From Eledone cirrhosa (lineage: Eukaryota): 64,000 nucleotides of DNA. Positions 1 through 16,184 of this stretch are shown here, piece after piece. The stretch is from contig OZ024753.1 in assembly GCA_964016885.1 (NCBI GenBank), positions 20,832,001 through 20,896,000 of the forward strand. Direction: 5' to 3'. Both the position numbers and the translations under genes were made by a program. The notes under the pieces were generated by a model that searched no databases, was not told the origin of the DNA, and saw only the letters and a program-made list of their open reading frames with translations. Position 1 is the stretch's first letter; the number at the start of each line of letters is the position of its first letter.

Positions 1-762
1 AGACAGTTTTGTACCATTCGATATGGGAATGGTTGGGAGACCGTGGCTCACCCATACGGAAGTGTCTCTAGCAGGTTTCTACAACTGGATGCCCTTCCTA
101 ACACCAACCACTTTTACAGTGTGGACTGAGGGCCTTTTTACCATGTCCCCTACACAACCACCTTACAGTCTGGACTGTTGTGTCATTGACATAGTGGACG
201 GAACAAGAAAGGGAGGATGGGGTAGGGTGTGTGGGGTGGGATGTACATTGGGTTAAGAGGTGCCTACTGACTGTAGGTTTGTATGCAAGGGCAGTCGGAT
301 CTTCTGTCTGTACAACTACATGGTGCCAAAGATCTCGATCCAATGTCCTTGTCTTAGAAAGTTGTAGGTGAGCAAGGTCAGTTTTTATCACCTCGTCCCA
401 AGATTTTCTTGGTCTACCCACTCCGCAGCTTCCATCAATTTTCCATCCTCTGCACTTTTTTTTATACAGCTGCCATCCTTCATATGCATCACATGTCCAT
501 TCCAATACAATCTTCCCTCCAGAACACAACATTTGATACATCTTATTCTTAGTCTCTCTCTCAATTCGTTTATGTTTCACCTTTTGTACATATTACTATT
601 ACACATCCATCAGAGCATGCAAGTTTCATTTCTTTCTAATCTACGCAAGTCTTCAGCACACAATGCCCAGGTCTCACTACCATGTAATATCGCCGTTCGT
701 ATACAAGCATAATGCAATCTGCCTTTCATTTCAAGAAAAACCCCTTGTGGCCAACAGCGGTT
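1..762 (-). mobile_element. RTE-clade LINE 3' fragment (decayed ORF C-terminus plus 3' UTR)
   Basis: ORF 98..580 (-) has GRPRKSWDEVIKTDL...DRDLW, homologous to ORF 35273..35722; UTR carries the ccac(t)tttacagtgtggactg unit. Confidence 0.85.
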
Positions 763-769
763 TTAGCAA

Positions 770-1100
770 GAACCATTGGGGCAGTTCTTGTGTGCCTTTG
801 ATGGTTTCTCAGGGACAAAATTTTGTTTTTTTAAATTACACATCCACATTGGTTCAGGCTTTCTGTTTGTTTCTTAGTTGTGTGGCTTTAGTTGTTTATG
901 ATAGGATTGCAATATGATAGCTGAAACATATAACAAAATATTAAGCAATTCATATGTCATTTTCACACCTTTGGACCGTGTGGCCTTCAGATAATTATCA
1001 GCTATTTCGTTTACAGCTTCCAATTCCAATTTAGTGGGTTCTTTACTGATTCTTGTGTTGTATGGTCTAAGGCTGTGTATCTCTTGAAACATATCATCCT
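770..1100 (-). pseudogene. Decayed N-terminal part of an RLE-type (R4/NeSL-like) non-LTR ORF
   Basis: ORF 874..1092 (ELLNILLYVSAIIL) followed by a frameshifted P-x-W segment resembling the pre-RT region of such elements. Confidence 0.4.
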
Positions 1101-1162
1101 ATATCACTTGTAATGTGCTCACAAGTTTTTGATGTTCCGTTTCTACAGTAGAGGCATGGATT

Positions 1163-1325
1163 TCAACTATGTTGTTGGTGTGCTGTTCACTGCTAGATTC
1201 AGCTGACCATTCTCTCTGTCTGTCAATGGAAGTGGAGTGGATGTCAGCTATGTTGTTGGTGTGCTCTGTTCACTGTTAGACTTAGCTGACCATTCTCTCT
1301 GTCTGCCAATGGAAATGGAATGATT
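1163..1325. repeat. Two-copy ~82 bp tandem duplication
   Basis: tca(a/g)ctatgttgttggtgtgct...agctgaccattctctctgtctg..aatggaa repeated twice. Confidence 0.85.
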
Positions 1326-4300
1326 GTCTTCAATTGTGTCACTCAGTTCCGTTGGATGTATCAATTTACAACTAATGATACGTTTTGCCTGTTCATTTAA
1401 ATGTGTTGGCTCTGTCTATATATATAGTGTTGGCTCTGTCTATATATATATAGTGTTGGCTCTGTCTATATATTTAGTGTTGGCCCTGTCTATATATTTA
1501 GTGTTGGCCCTGTCTATATATATACAGTGTTGTCTCTGTCTATATATACAATGTTATCTCTGTCTATATATAGTGTTGGCTATGTCTATATATATATAGT
1601 GTTGGCTCTGTCTATATTTACAGTGTTATCTCTGTCTATATATATAGTGTTGGCTATGTCTATATATATAGTGTTGGCTCTGTCTATATATACAGTGTTA
1701 TCTCTGTCTATATATATAGTGTTGGCTCTGTATATATATATAATGTTGGCTCTGTCTATATATACAGTGTTGGCTCTGTCTATATATATAGTGTTGGCTC
1801 TGTCTATATACAGTGTTGGCTTTGTCTATATATATAGTGTTGGCTCTGTCTATATATATAGTGTTGGCTCTGTCTATATACAGTGTTGGCTCTGTCTATA
1901 CATATAGTGTTGGCTCTGACTATATATATAGTGTTGGCTCTGTCTATATATATAGTGTTGGCTCTGTCTATATATATAGTGTTGGCTCTGTCTATATATA
2001 CAGTGTTGGCACTGTCTATATATATAGTGTTGGCTCTGTCTATATATATAGTGTTGGCTCTGTCTATATATATAGTGTTGGCTCTGTCTATATATATAGT
2101 GTTGGCTCTGTCTATATATACAGTGTTGGCTCTGTCTATATATATAGTGTTGGCTCTGTCTATATATATAGTGTTGGCTCTGTATATATATATATAGTGT
2201 TGGCTCTGTCTATATATATAGTGTTGGCTCTGTCTATATATACAGTGTTGTCTCTGTCTATATATATAGTGTTGGCTCTGTCTAAATATATAGTGTTGGC
2301 TCTGTCTATATATAGTGTTGGCTCTGTCTATATATATAGTGTTGTCTCTGTCTATATATATAGTGTTGGCTATGTCTATATATACAGTGTTGGCTCTGTC
2401 TATATACAGTGTTGGCTCTGTCTATATATACAGTGTTGGCTCTGTCTATATACAGTGTTATCTCTGTCTATATATATAGTGTTGTCTCTGTCTATATATA
2501 CAGTGTTATCTCTGTCTATATACAGTGTTGGCTCTGTCTATATACAGTGTTATCTCTGTCTATATATAGTGTTGGCTCTGTCTATATATAGTGTTGGCTC
2601 TGTCTATATATATAGTGTTGGCTATGTCTATATATATAGTGTTGGCTCTGTCTATATATATAGTGTTGGCTCTGTCTATATATACAGTGTTGGCTCTGTC
2701 TATATATATAGTGTTGGCTATGTCTATATTTACAGTGTTATCTCTGTCTATATATATAGTGTTGGCTCTGTCTATATATACAGTGTTGGCTCTGTCTATA
2801 TATACAGTGTTGGCTCTGTCTATATATACAGTTTTGTCTCTGTCTATATATATAGTGTTGTCTCTGTAAATAAATAATGTTGGCTCTGTCTATATATACA
2901 GTGTTATCTCTGTCTATATATACAGTGTTGTCTCTGTCTATATACATAGTGTTGGCTCTGTCTATAAATAATGTTGGCTCTGTCTATATATACAGTGTTA
3001 TCTCTGTCTATATATACAGTGTTGGCTCTGTCTATATATAGTGTTGGCTCTGTCTATATATACAGTGTTATCTCTGTCTATATATAGTGTTGGCTCTGTC
3101 TATATATAGTGTTGGCTCTGTCTATATATATAGTGTTGGCTCTGTCTATATACAGTGTTGGCTCTGTCTATATATAGTGTTGGCTCTGTCTATATATAGT
3201 GTTGGCTCTGTCTGTATATATAGTGTTGGCTATGTCTATATATATAGTGTTGGCTCTGTCTATATATACAGTGTTCGCTCTGTCTATATATATAGTGTTG
3301 GCTCTGTCTATATACAGTGTTGTCTCTGTCTATATATATAGTGTTGGCTCTGTCTGTATATATAGTGTTGGCTATGTCTATATATATAGTGTTGGCTCTG
3401 TCTATATATACAGTGTTGGCTCTGTCTATATATACAGTGTTATCTCTGTCTATATATATAGTGTTGGCTCTGTCTATATATAGTGTTGGCTCTGTCTATA
3501 TATATAGTGTTGGCTCTGTCTATATATAGTGTTGGCTCTGTCTATATATAGTGTTGGCTCTGTCTATATATACAGTGTTGGCTCTGTCTATATATACAGT
3601 GTTGGCTCTGTCTATATATACAGTTTTGGCTCTGTCTATATATACAGTGTTGGCTCTGTCTATATATAGTGTTGACTCTGTCTATATATAGTGTTGGCTC
3701 TGTCTATATATACAGTGTTGGCTCTGTCTATATATATAGTGTTGTCTCTGTCTATATATACAGTGTTATATCTGTCTATATATAGTGTTGGCTCTGTCTA
3801 TATATAGTGTTGGCTCTGTCTATATATATAGTGTTGGCTCTGTCTATATATAGTGTTGGCTCTGTCTATATATATAGTGTTGGCTCTGTCTATATATACA
3901 GTGTTGGCTCTGTCTAAATATACAGTGTTGGCTCTGTCTATATATATAGTGTTGTCTCTGTAAATAAATAATGTTGGCTCTGTCTATATATACAGTGTTA
4001 TCTCTGTCTATATATATAGTGTTGTCTCTGTCTATATATATAGTGTTGGCTATGTCTATATATACAGTGTTGGCTCTGTCTATATATACAGTGTTGGCTC
4101 TGTCTATATATAGTGTTGGCTCTGTCTATATATAGTGTTGGCTCTGTCTATATATAGTGTTGGCTCTGTCTATATATACAGTGTTGGCTCTGTCTATATA
4201 TAGTGTTGGCTCTGTCTATATATAGTGTTGGATCTGTCTATATATAGTGTTGGCTCTGTCTATATATATAGTGTTGGCTCTGTCTATATATACAGTGTTG

Positions 4301-7300
4301 GCTCTGTCTATATATAGTGTTGGCTCTGTCTATATATAGTGTTGGCTCTGTCTATATATAGTGTTGGCTCTGTCTATATATAGTGTTGGCTATGTCTATA
4401 TATATAGTGTTGGCTCTGTCTATATATATAGTGTTGTCTCTGTAAATAAATAATGTTGGCTCTGTCTATATATACAGTGTTATCTCTGTCTATATATATA
4501 GTGTTATCTCTGTCTATATATATAGTGTTGGCTATGTCTATATATACAGTGTTGGCTCTGTCTATATATACAGTGTTGGCTCTGTCTATATATACAGTGT
4601 TGGCTCTGTCTATATACAGTGTTATCTCTGTCTATATATAGTGTTGGCTCTGTCTATATATAGTGTTGGCTCTGTCTATATATAGTGTTGGCTATGTCTA
4701 TATATATAGTGTTGGCTCTGTCTATATATATAGTGTTGGCTCTGTCTATATATACAGTGTTGGCTCTGTCTATATATAGTGTTGGCTCTGTCTATATATA
4801 CAGTGTTATCTCTGTCTATATATAGTGTTGGCTCTGTCTATATATATAGTGTTGGCTCTGTCTATATATACAGTGTTGGCTCTGTCTATATATAGTGTTG
4901 GCTCTGTCTGTATATCTAGTGTTGGCTATGTCTATATATACAGTGTTGGCTCTGTCTATATATATAGTGTTGGCTCTGTCTATATATACAGTGTTGGCTC
5001 TGTCTATATATAGTGTTGGCTCTGTCTGTATATCTAGTGTTGGCTCTGTCTATATATACAGTGTTGGCTCTGTCTATATATATAGTGTTGGCTCTGTCTA
5101 TATACAGTGTTATCTCTGTCTATATATATAGTGATGGCTCTGTCTATATATACAGTGTTGGCTCTGTCTATATATACAGTATTGTCTCTGTCTATATATA
5201 TAGTGTTGGCTCTGTCTATATATATAGTGTTGGCTCTGTCTATATACAGTGTTATCTCTGTCTATATATATAGTGTTGGCTCTGTCTATATATACAGTGT
5301 TGGCTCTGTCTATATATATAGTGTTGTCTCTGTCTATATACAGTGTTATCTCTGTCTATATATATAGTGATGGCTCTGTCTATATATACAGTGTTGGCTC
5401 TGTCTATATATATAGTGTTGGCTCTGTCTGTATATATAGTGTTGGCTATGTCTATATATAGTGTTGGCTCTGTCTATATATACGGTGTTGGCTCTGTCTA
5501 TATATACAGTGTTGGCTCTGTCTATATATACAGTGTTGGCTCTGTCTATATATACAGTGTTGGCTCTGTCTATATATATAGTGTTGGCTCTGTCTATATA
5601 TACAGTGTTGGCTCTGTCTATATATACAGTGTTGTCTCTGTCTATATATATAGTGTTGGCTCTGTCTATATATACAGTGTTGGCTCTGTCTATATATATA
5701 GTGTTGTCTCTGTCTATATATACAGTGTTATCTCTGTCTATATATAGTGTTGGCTCTGTCTATATATAGTGTTGGCTCTGTCTATATATATATAGTGTTG
5801 GCTCTGTCTATATACAGTGTTGGCTCTGTCTATATATATATAGTGTTGGCTCTGTCTATATTTACAGTGTTATCTCTGTCTATATATATAGTGTTGGTTC
5901 TGTCTATATATAGTGTTGGCTCTGTCTATATATATAGTGTTGGCTCTGTCTATATATACAGTGTTGGCTCTGTCTATATATACAGTGTTGGCTCTGTCTA
6001 TATATACAGTTTTGTCTCTGTCTATATATACAGTGTTGTCTCTGTAAATAAATAATGTTGGCTCTGTCTATATACACAGTGTTATCTCTGTCTATATATA
6101 TAGTGTTGGCTCTGTCTATATATATAGTGTTGGCTATGTCTATATATACAGTGTTGGCTCCGTCTATATACAGTGTTATCTCTGTCTATATATAGTGTTG
6201 GCTCTGTCTATATATAGTGTTGGCTCTGTCTATATATAGTGTTGGCTATGTCTATATATATAGTGTTGGCTCTGTCTATATATATAGTGTTCGCTCTGTC
6301 TATATATATAGTGTTGGCTCTGTCTATATATACAGTGTTGGCTCTGTCTATATATATAGTGTTGGCTATGTCTATATTTACAGTGTTATCTCTGTCTATA
6401 TATATAGTGTTGGCTCTGTCTATATATACAGTGTTGGCTCTGTCTATATATACAGTGTTGGCTCTGTCTATATATACAGTTTTGTCTCTGTCTATATATA
6501 TAGTGTTGTCTCTGTAAATAAATAATGTTGGCTCTGTCTATATATACAGTGTTATCTCTGTCTATATATACAGTGTTGTCTCTGTCTATATATATAGTGT
6601 TGGCTATGTCTATATTTACAGTGTTATCTCTGTCTATATATATAGTGTTGGCTCTGTCTATATATACAGTGTTGTCTCTGTCTACATATACAGTGTTGGC
6701 TCAGTCTATATATAGTGTTGGCTCTGTCTATATATACAGTGTTATCTCTGTCTATATATAGTGTTGGCTCTGTCTATATATAGTGTTGGCTCTGTCTATA
6801 TATATAGTGTTGGCTCTGTCTATATACAGTGTTTGCTCTGTCTATATATAGTGTTGGCTCTGTCTGTATATATAGTGTTGGCTATGTCTATATATATAGT
6901 GTTGGCTCTGTCTATATATACAGTGTTGTCTCTGTCTATATATATAGTGTTGCCTCTGTCTGTATATATAGTGTTGGCTATGTCTATATATATAGTGTTG
7001 GCTCTGTCTATATATACAGTGTTGGCTCTGTCTATATATAGTGTTGGCTCTGTCTGTATATCTAGTGTTGGCTATGTCTATATATATAGTGTTGGCTCTG
7101 TCTATATATACAGTGTTGGCTCTGTCTATATATATAGTGTTGGCTCTGTCTATATATACAGTGTTGGCTCTGTCTATATATACAGTATTGTCTCTGTCTA
7201 TATATATAGTGTTGGCTCTGTCTGTATATATAGTATTGGCTATGTCTATATATAGTGTTGGCTCTGTCTATATATACAGTGTTGGCTCTGTCTATATATA

Positions 7301-10300
7301 CAGTGTTGGCTCTGTCTATATATACAGTGTTGGCTCTGTCTATACATATAGTGTTGGCTCTGTCTATATGTACAGTGTTGGCTCTGTCTATATATACAGT
7401 GTTATCTCTGTCTATATATATAGTGTTGGCTCTGTCTATATATAGTGTTGGCTCTGTCTATATATATAGTGTTGGCTCTGTCTATATATACAGTGTTGGC
7501 TCTGTCTATATATACAGTGTTGGCTCTGTCTATATATACAGTTTTGTCTCTGTCTATATATATAGTGTTGTCTCTGTAAATAAATAATGTTGGCTCTGTC
7601 TATATATACAGTGTTGGCTCTGTCTATATATAGTGTTGACTCTGTCTATATATAGTGTTGGCTCTGTCTATATATATAGGGTTGGCTCTGTCTATATACA
7701 GTGTTGGCTCTGTCTATATATATAGTGTTGGCTCTGTCTATATACAGTGTTGGCTCTGTCTATACATATAGTGTTGGCTCTGTCTATATATATAGTGTTG
7801 GCTCTGTCTATATATATAGTGTTGGCTCTGTCTATATATACAGTGTTGTCTCTGTCTATATATATAGTGTTGGCTCTGTCTAAATATACAGTGTTGGCTC
7901 TGTCTATATATACAGTGTCGTCTCTGTCTATATATACGGTGTTGGCTCTGTCTATATATACAGTGTTGGCTCTGTCTATATACAGTGTTGACTCTGTCTA
8001 TATATAGTGTTGGCTCTGTCTATATATATAGTGTTGGCTCTGTCTATATATACAGTGTTGGCTCTGTCTATATATACAGTGTTGGCTCTGTCTATATATA
8101 TAGTGTTGGCTCTGTCTATATATACAGTGTTGGCTCTGTCTATATATACAGTGTTGGCTCTGTCTATATATACAGTGTTGGCTCTGTCTATATATATAGT
8201 GTTGGCTCTGTCTATATATACAGTGTTGGCTCTGTCTATATATACAGTGTCGTCTCTGTCTATATATACGGTGTTGGCTCTGTCTATATATACAGTGTTG
8301 GCTCTGTCTATATATACAGTGTTGGCTCTGTCTATATATACAGTGTTGGCTCTGTCTATATATACAGTGTTGGCTCTGTCTATATATATAGTGTTGGCTC
8401 TGTCTATATATACAGTGTTGGCTCTGTCTATATATACAGTGTCGTCTCTGTCTATATATACGGTGTTGGCTCTGTCTATATATACAGTGTTGGCTCTGTC
8501 TATATACAGTGTTATCTCTGTCTATATATATAGTGTTGGCTCTGTCTATATATAGTGTTGGCTCTGTCTATATACAGTGTTGTCTCTGTCTATATATACA
8601 GTGTTATCTCTGTCTATATATAGTGTTGGCTCTGTCTATATATAGTGTTGGCTCTGTCTATATATATAGTGTTGGCTCTGTCTATATACAGTGTTAGCTC
8701 TGTCTATATATATAGTGTTGACTCTGTCTATATATAGTGTTGGCTCTGTCTATATATACAGTGTTGGCTCTGTCTATATATACAGTTTTGTCTCTGTCTA
8801 TATATATAGTGTTGTCTCTGTAAATAAATAATGTTGGCTCTGTCAAAGTATATAGTGTTGGCTCTGTTTATATACAGTGTTATCTCTGTCTATATATATA
8901 GTGTTGGCTATGTCTATATATACAGTGTTGGCTCTGTCTATATACAGTGTTGGCTCTGTCTATATATACAGTGTTATCTCTGTCTATATATATAGTGTTG
9001 TCTCTGTCTATATATACAGTGTTATCTCTGTCTATATATACAGTGTTATCTCTGTCTATATATAGTGTTGGCTCTGTCTATATATACAATGTTGGCTCTG
9101 TCTATATATACAGTGTTGGCTCTGTCTATATATAGTGTTGGCTCTGTCTATATATACAGTGTTGGCTCTGTCTATATACAGTGTTGGCTCTGTCTATATA
9201 CAGTGTTATCTCAGTCTATATATATAGTGTTGTCTCTGTCTATATATACAGTGTTGGCTCTGTCTATATATACAGTGTTATCTCTGTCTATATATAGTGT
9301 TGGCTCTGTCTATATATAGTGATGGCTCTGTCTATATATAGTGTTGGCTCTGTCTATATATATAGTGTTGGCTCTGTCTATATATATAGTGTTGGCTCTG
9401 TCTATATATATAGTGTTGGCTCTGTCTATATATACAGTGTTGGCTCTGTCTATATATATAGTGTTGGCTATGTCTATATTTACAGTGTTATCTCTGTCTA
9501 TATATATAGTGTTGGCTCTGTCTATATATACAGTGTTGGCTCTGTCTATATATACAGTGTTGGCTCTGTCTATATATACAGTTTTGTCTCTGTCTATATA
9601 TATAGTGTTGTCTCTGTAAATAAATAATGTTGGCTCTGTCTATATATACAGTGTTATCTCTGTCTATATATACAGTGTTGTCTCTGTCTATATATACAGT
9701 GTTGGCTCTGTCTATATATAGTGTTGGCTCTGTCTATATATACAGTGTTATCTCTGTCTATATATAGTGTTGGCTCTGTCTATATATAGTGTTGGCTCTG
9801 TCTATATATATAGTGTTGGCTCTGTCTATATACAGTGTTGGCTCTGTCTATATATAGTGTTGGCCCTGTCTGTATATATAGTGTTGGCTATGTCTATATA
9901 TATAGTGTTGGCTCTGTCTATATATACAGTGTTGGCTCTGTCTATATATATAGTGTTGGCTCTGTCTATATACAGTGTTGTCTCTGTCCATATATATAGT
10001 GTTGACTCTGTCTGTATATATAGTGTTGGCTATGTCTATATATATAGTGTTGGCTCTGTCTATATATACAGTGTTGGCTCTGTCTATATATAGTGTTGGC
10101 TCTGTCTGTATATATAGTGTTGGCTATGTCTATATATAGTGTTGGCTCTGTCTGTATATATAGTGTTGGCTCTGTCTATATATAGTGTTGGCTCTGTCTG
10201 TATATATAGTGTTGGCTCTGTCTATATATACAGTGTTGGCTCTGTCTATATATATAGTGTTGGCTCTGTCTATATATACAGTGTTGGCTCTGTCTATATA

Positions 10301-13168
10301 TACAGTGTTATCTCTGTTTATATATATAGTGTTGGCTCTGTCTATATATACAGTGTTGGCTCTGTCTATATATATAGTGTTGTCTCTGTCTATATATACA
10401 GTGTTATCTCTGTCTATATATAGTGTTGGCTCTGTCTATATATATAGTGTTGGCTCTGTCTATATACAGTGTTGGCTCTGTCTATATATATATTGTTGGC
10501 TCTGTTTATATTTACAGTGTTATCTCTGTCTATATATATAGTGTTGGCTCTGTCTATATATGGTGTTGGCTCTGTCTATATATACCGTGTTGGCTCTGTC
10601 TATATATACAGTTTTGTCTCTGTCTATATATATAGTGTTGTCTCTGTAAATAAATAATGTTGGCTCTGTCTATATATACAGTGTTATCTCTGTCTATATA
10701 TATAGTGTTGTCCCTGTCTATATATACAGTGTTATCTCTGTCTATATATAGTGTTGGCTCTGTCTATATATAGTGTTCGCTCTGTCTAAATATATAGTGT
10801 AGGCTCTGTCTATATACAGTGTTGGCTCTGTCTATATATATAGTGTTGGCTCTGTCTATATTTACAGTGTTATCTCTGTCTATATATATAGTGTTGGCTC
10901 TGTCTATATATAGTGTTGGCTCTGTCTATATATATAGTGTTGGCTCTGTCTATATATACAGTGTTAGCTCTGTCTATATATACAGTGTTGGCTCTGTCTA
11001 TATATACAGTTTTGTCTCTGTCTATATATATAGTGTTGTCTCTGTAAATAAATAATGTTGGCTCTGTCTATATATACAGTGTCGTCTCTGTCTATATATA
11101 GTGTTGGCTCTGTCTATATATATAGTGTTGGCTCTGTCTATATATACAGTGTTATCTCTGTCTATATATATAGTGTTGGCTCTGTCTATATATAATGTTG
11201 GCTCTGTCTATATATATAGTGTTGGCTCTGTCTATATATACAGTGTTAGCTCTGTCTATATATACAGTTTTGTCTCTGTCTATATATACAGTTTTGTCTC
11301 TGTCTATATATATAGTGTTGTCTCTGTAAATAAATAATGTTGGCTCTGTCTATATATACAGTGTCGTCTCTGTCTATATATAGTGTTGGCTCTGTCTATA
11401 TATATAGTGTTGGCTCTGTCTATATATACAGTGTTGGCTCTGTCTATATATACAGTGTCGTCTCTGTCTATATATACGGTGTTGGCTCTGTCTATATATA
11501 TAGTGTTGGCTCTGTCTATATATATAGTGTTGACTCTGTCTATATATAGTGTTGGCTCTGTCTATATATACAGTGTTGGCTCTGTCTATATACAGTGTTG
11601 GCTCTGTCTATATACAGTGTTAGCTCTGTCTATATATATAGTGTTGGCTCTGTCTATATTTACAGTGTTATCTCTGTCTATATATATAGTGTTGACTCTG
11701 TCTATATATAGTGTTGGCTCTGTCTATATATACAGTGTTGGCTCTGTCTATATATACAGTGTTGGCTCTGTCTATATATACAGTTTTGTCTCTGTCTATA
11801 TATATAGTGTTGGCTCTGTCTATATATACAGTGTTATATCTGTCTATATATAGTGTTGGCTCTGTCTATATATACAGTGTTATCTCTGTCTATATATATA
11901 GTGTTGTCTCTGTCTATATATACAGTGTTATCTCTGTCTATATATAGTGTTGGCTCTGTCTATATATAGTGTTGGCTCTGTCTATATATATAGTGTTGGC
12001 TCTGTCTATATACAGTGTTGGCTCTGTCTATATATATAGTGTTGGCTCTGTCTATATATACAGTGTTATCTCTGTCTATATATATAGTGTTGGCTCTGTC
12101 TATATATACAGTGTTGGCTCTGTCTATATATAGTGTTGGTTCTGTCAGTATATATAGTGTTGACTCTGTCTGTATATATAGTGTTGGCTCTGTCTATATA
12201 TACAGTGTTGTCTCTGTCTATATATATACAGTGTTATCTCTGTCTATATTTACAGTGTTATCTCTGTCTATATATACAGTGTTGGCTCTGTCTATATATA
12301 CAGTGTTGGATCTGTCTATATATACAGTGTTGGCTCTGTCTATATATATAGTGTTGGCTCTGTCTATATATACAGTGTTGGCTCTGTCTATATATACAAT
12401 GTTGGCTCTGTCTATATATATAGTGTTGTCTCTGTCTATATATATACAGTGTTATCTCTGTCTATATTTACAGTGTTATCTCTGTCTATACATATAGTGT
12501 TGGCTCTGTCTATATATATAGTGTTGGCTCTGTCTATATATACAGTGTTTGCTCTGTCTATATATATAGTGTTGGCTCTGTCTATATACAGTGTTGGCTC
12601 TGTCTATATATACAGTGTTGGCTCTGTCTATATTTACAGTGTTATCTCTGTCTATACATATAGTGTTGGCTCTGTCTATATATAGTGTTGGCTCTGTCTA
12701 TATATATAGTGTTGGCTCTGTCTATATATACAGTGTTGGCTCTGTCTATATATATAGTGTTTGCTATGTCTATATACAGTGTTGGCTCTGTCTATATATA
12801 GTATTGTCTCTGTCTATATATATATAGTGTTGCCTCTGTCAATAAATAATGTTGGCTCTGTCTATATATATAGAGTGTTGGCTCTGTCTATATATAATGT
12901 TGGCTCCGTCTACATATATAATGTTGGCTCCGTCTACATATATAGTGTTGGCTCTGTCTATATAAAGTGTTGGCTCTGTCTATATATAGTGTTGGCTCCA
13001 TCTATATATATAGTGTTGGCTCCGTCTATATATATAGTGTTGGCTCTGTCTATATATATAGTGTTGGCTCTGTCTATAAATAATGTTGGCTCTGTCTATA
13101 TATACAGTGTTGGCTATGTCTATATATTTAGTGTTGGCCCTGTCTATGTATACAGTGTTATCTCTGTC

Positions 13169-13349
13169 GGTCGATTGGCAGTATCAGTAAAGGGTCGGAC
13201 GCCATGCTTTCCAGCATAGTTATGTCCCTTTACGATCTGAGTTCAAATCCCGCCGAGGTTGACTTTGCCTTTCATCCTTACGGGGTCGATAAAATAAAGT
13301 ACCAGTAATGCACTGGGTAATTGCTGGCCTTATGCCTAAAGTAGAAACA
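13169..13349 (+). mobile_element. SINE (family A) inserted in the satellite, 12-bp TSD gttatctctgtc
   Basis: B-box-like gagttcaaatccc and body gactttgcctttcatcc...gtcgataaaataaagtaccag; TSD at 13157-13168 and 13350-13361. Confidence 0.85.
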
Positions 13350-16003
13350 GTTATCTCTGTCTATATATATTGTTGGCTCTGTCTACATATATAGTGATGG
13401 CTCTGTCTATATATATAGTGATGGCTCTGTCTATATTTACAGTGTTATCTCTGTCTATATATACAGTGTTATCTCTGTCTATATATATAGTGTTGGCTCT
13501 GTCTATATATACAGTGTTGTCTCTGTCTATATATATAGTGTTGGCTTTGTCTATATATATACAGTTTTGGCTTTGTCTCTATATAGTGTTGCCTCTGTCT
13601 CTATATACAGTGTTGGCTCTGTCTATATACAGTTTTGGCTCTCTCTATATATATATAGTGTTGGCTGTGTCTATATATACAATGTTGACTCTGTCTATAT
13701 ATATATAATGTTGGCTGTGTCTATATATACAGTGTTGGCTCTGTCTATATATATAGTGTTGGCTCTGTCTGTATATATATACAGTGTTGGCTCTGTCTAT
13801 GTATATAGTGTTGGCTCTGTCTGTATATATAGTGTTGGCTCTGTCTATATATACAGTGTTGTCTCTGTCTATATATATAGTGTTGGCTCTGTCTATATAA
13901 ACAGTGTTGGCTCTGTCTATATATACAATGTTGGCTCTGTCTATATATATAGTGTTGTCTCTGTCTATATATACAGTGTTGGCTCTGTCTATATATACAA
14001 TGTTGGCTCTGTCTATATATAGTGTTGGCTCTGTCTATATATATAGTGTTGGCTCTGTCTATATATACAGTGTTGGCTCTGTCTATATATACAGTGTTGT
14101 CTCTGTCTATATATATAGTGTTGGCTCTGTCTATATATACAGTGTTGGCTCTGTCTATATATACAATGTTGGCTCTGTCTATATATATAGTGTTGTCTCT
14201 GTCTATATATATAGTGTTTGCTCTGTCTATATATATATATATACAGTGTTGGCTCTGTCTATATATATAGTGTTGGCTCTGTGTATATATACAGTGTTGG
14301 CTCTGTCTATATATACAGTGTTGGCTCTGTCTATATATACAGTGTTGGCTCTGTCTATATATACAGTGTTGGCTTTGTCTATATATATAGTGTTGGCTCC
14401 GTTCATATATATAGTGTTGGCTCTGTCTATATATATAGTGTTGGCTCTGTCTATATTTACAGTGTTATCTCTGTCTATATATATAGTGTTGGCTCTGTCT
14501 ATATTTACAGTGTTATCTCTGTCTATATATATAGTGTTGGCTCTGTCTATATATATAGTGTTGGCTCTGTCTGTATATATATACAGTGTTGGCTCTGTCT
14601 ATATATAGTGTTGGCTCTGTCTATAAATAATATTGGCTCTGTCTATATATACAGTGTTGTCTCTGTCTATATATATAGTGTTGGCTATGTTTATATATAT
14701 AATGTTGGCTCTGTCTATATATGTATATAGTGTTGGCTCTGTCTCTATATATAGTGTTGGCTCTGTCTATATATACAGTGTTGGCTTTGTCTATATATAC
14801 AATGTTGGCTCTGTCTATATATATAGTGTTGTCTCTGTCTATATATACAGTGTTGGCTCTGTCTATATATACATTGTTGGCTCTGTCTATATATACAGTG
14901 TTGGCTCTGTCTATATATAGTGTTGGCTCTGTCTATATATATAGTGTTGGCTCTGTCTATATATACAGTGTTGGCTCTGTCTATATATACAGTGTTATAT
15001 CTGTCTATATATACAGTGTCGTCTCTGTCTATATATACAGTGTTGGCTCTGTCTATATATAGTGTTGGCTCTGTCTATATATACAGTGTTGGCTCTGTCT
15101 ATATATAGTGTTGGCTCTGTCTATATATGTAGTGTTGGCTCTGTCTATATACAGTGTTATCTCTGTCTATATACAGTGTTGGCTCTGTCTATATATACAG
15201 TGTTGTCTCTGTCTATATATATAGTGTTGGCTCTGTCTATATATACAGTGTTGGCTCTGTCTATATATAGTGTTGGCTCTGTCTATATACAGTGTTGGCT
15301 CTGTCTATATATAGTGTTGGCTCTGTCTATATATATAGTGTTGGCTCTGTCTATATATATAGTGTTTGCTATGTCTATATACAGTGTTGGCTCTGTCTAT
15401 ATATAGTATTGTCTCTGTCTATATATATATAGTGTTGCCTCTGTCAATAAATAATGTTGGCTCTGTCTATATATAGAGTGTTGGCTCTGTCTATATATAG
15501 TGTTGGCTCTGTCTATATATAGTGTTGGCTCCGTCTACATATATAATGTTGGCTCCGTCTATATATATAGTGTTGGCTCTGTCTATATAAAGTGTTGGCT
15601 CTGTCTATATATAGTGTTGGCTCCATCTATATATATAGTGTTGGCTCCGTCTATATATATAGTGTTGGCTCTGTCTATATATATAGTGTTGGCTCTGTCT
15701 ATATATACAGTGTTGGCTCTGTCTATATATAGTGTTGGCTCTGTCTATAAATAATGTTGGCTCTGTCTATATATACAGTGTTGGCTATGTCTATATATTT
15801 AGTGTTGGCTCTGTCTATATATAGTGTTGGCTCCATCTATATATACAGTGTTGGCTCCGTCTATATATTTAGTGTTGGCTCTGTCTATATATATAGTGTT
15901 GGCTCTGTCTATAAATAATGTTGGCTCTGTCTATATATACAGTGTTGGCTATGTCTATATATTTAGTGTTGGCCCTGTCTATGTATACAGTGTTATCTCT
16001 GTC

Positions 16004-16184
16004 GGTCGATTGGCAGTATCAGTAAAGGGTCGGACGCCATGCTTTCCAGCATAGTTACGTCCCTTTACGATCTGAGTTCAAATCCCGCCGAGATTGACTT
16101 TGCCTTTCATCCTTACGGGTTCGATAAAATAAAGTACCAGTAATGCACTGGGTAATTGCTGGCCTTATGCCTAAAGTAGAAACA
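16004..16184 (+). mobile_element. Duplicate of the 13169 SINE, copied together with its satellite flanks
   Basis: 3 substitutions in 181 bp; identical junctions; offset 2835 bp. Confidence 0.9.
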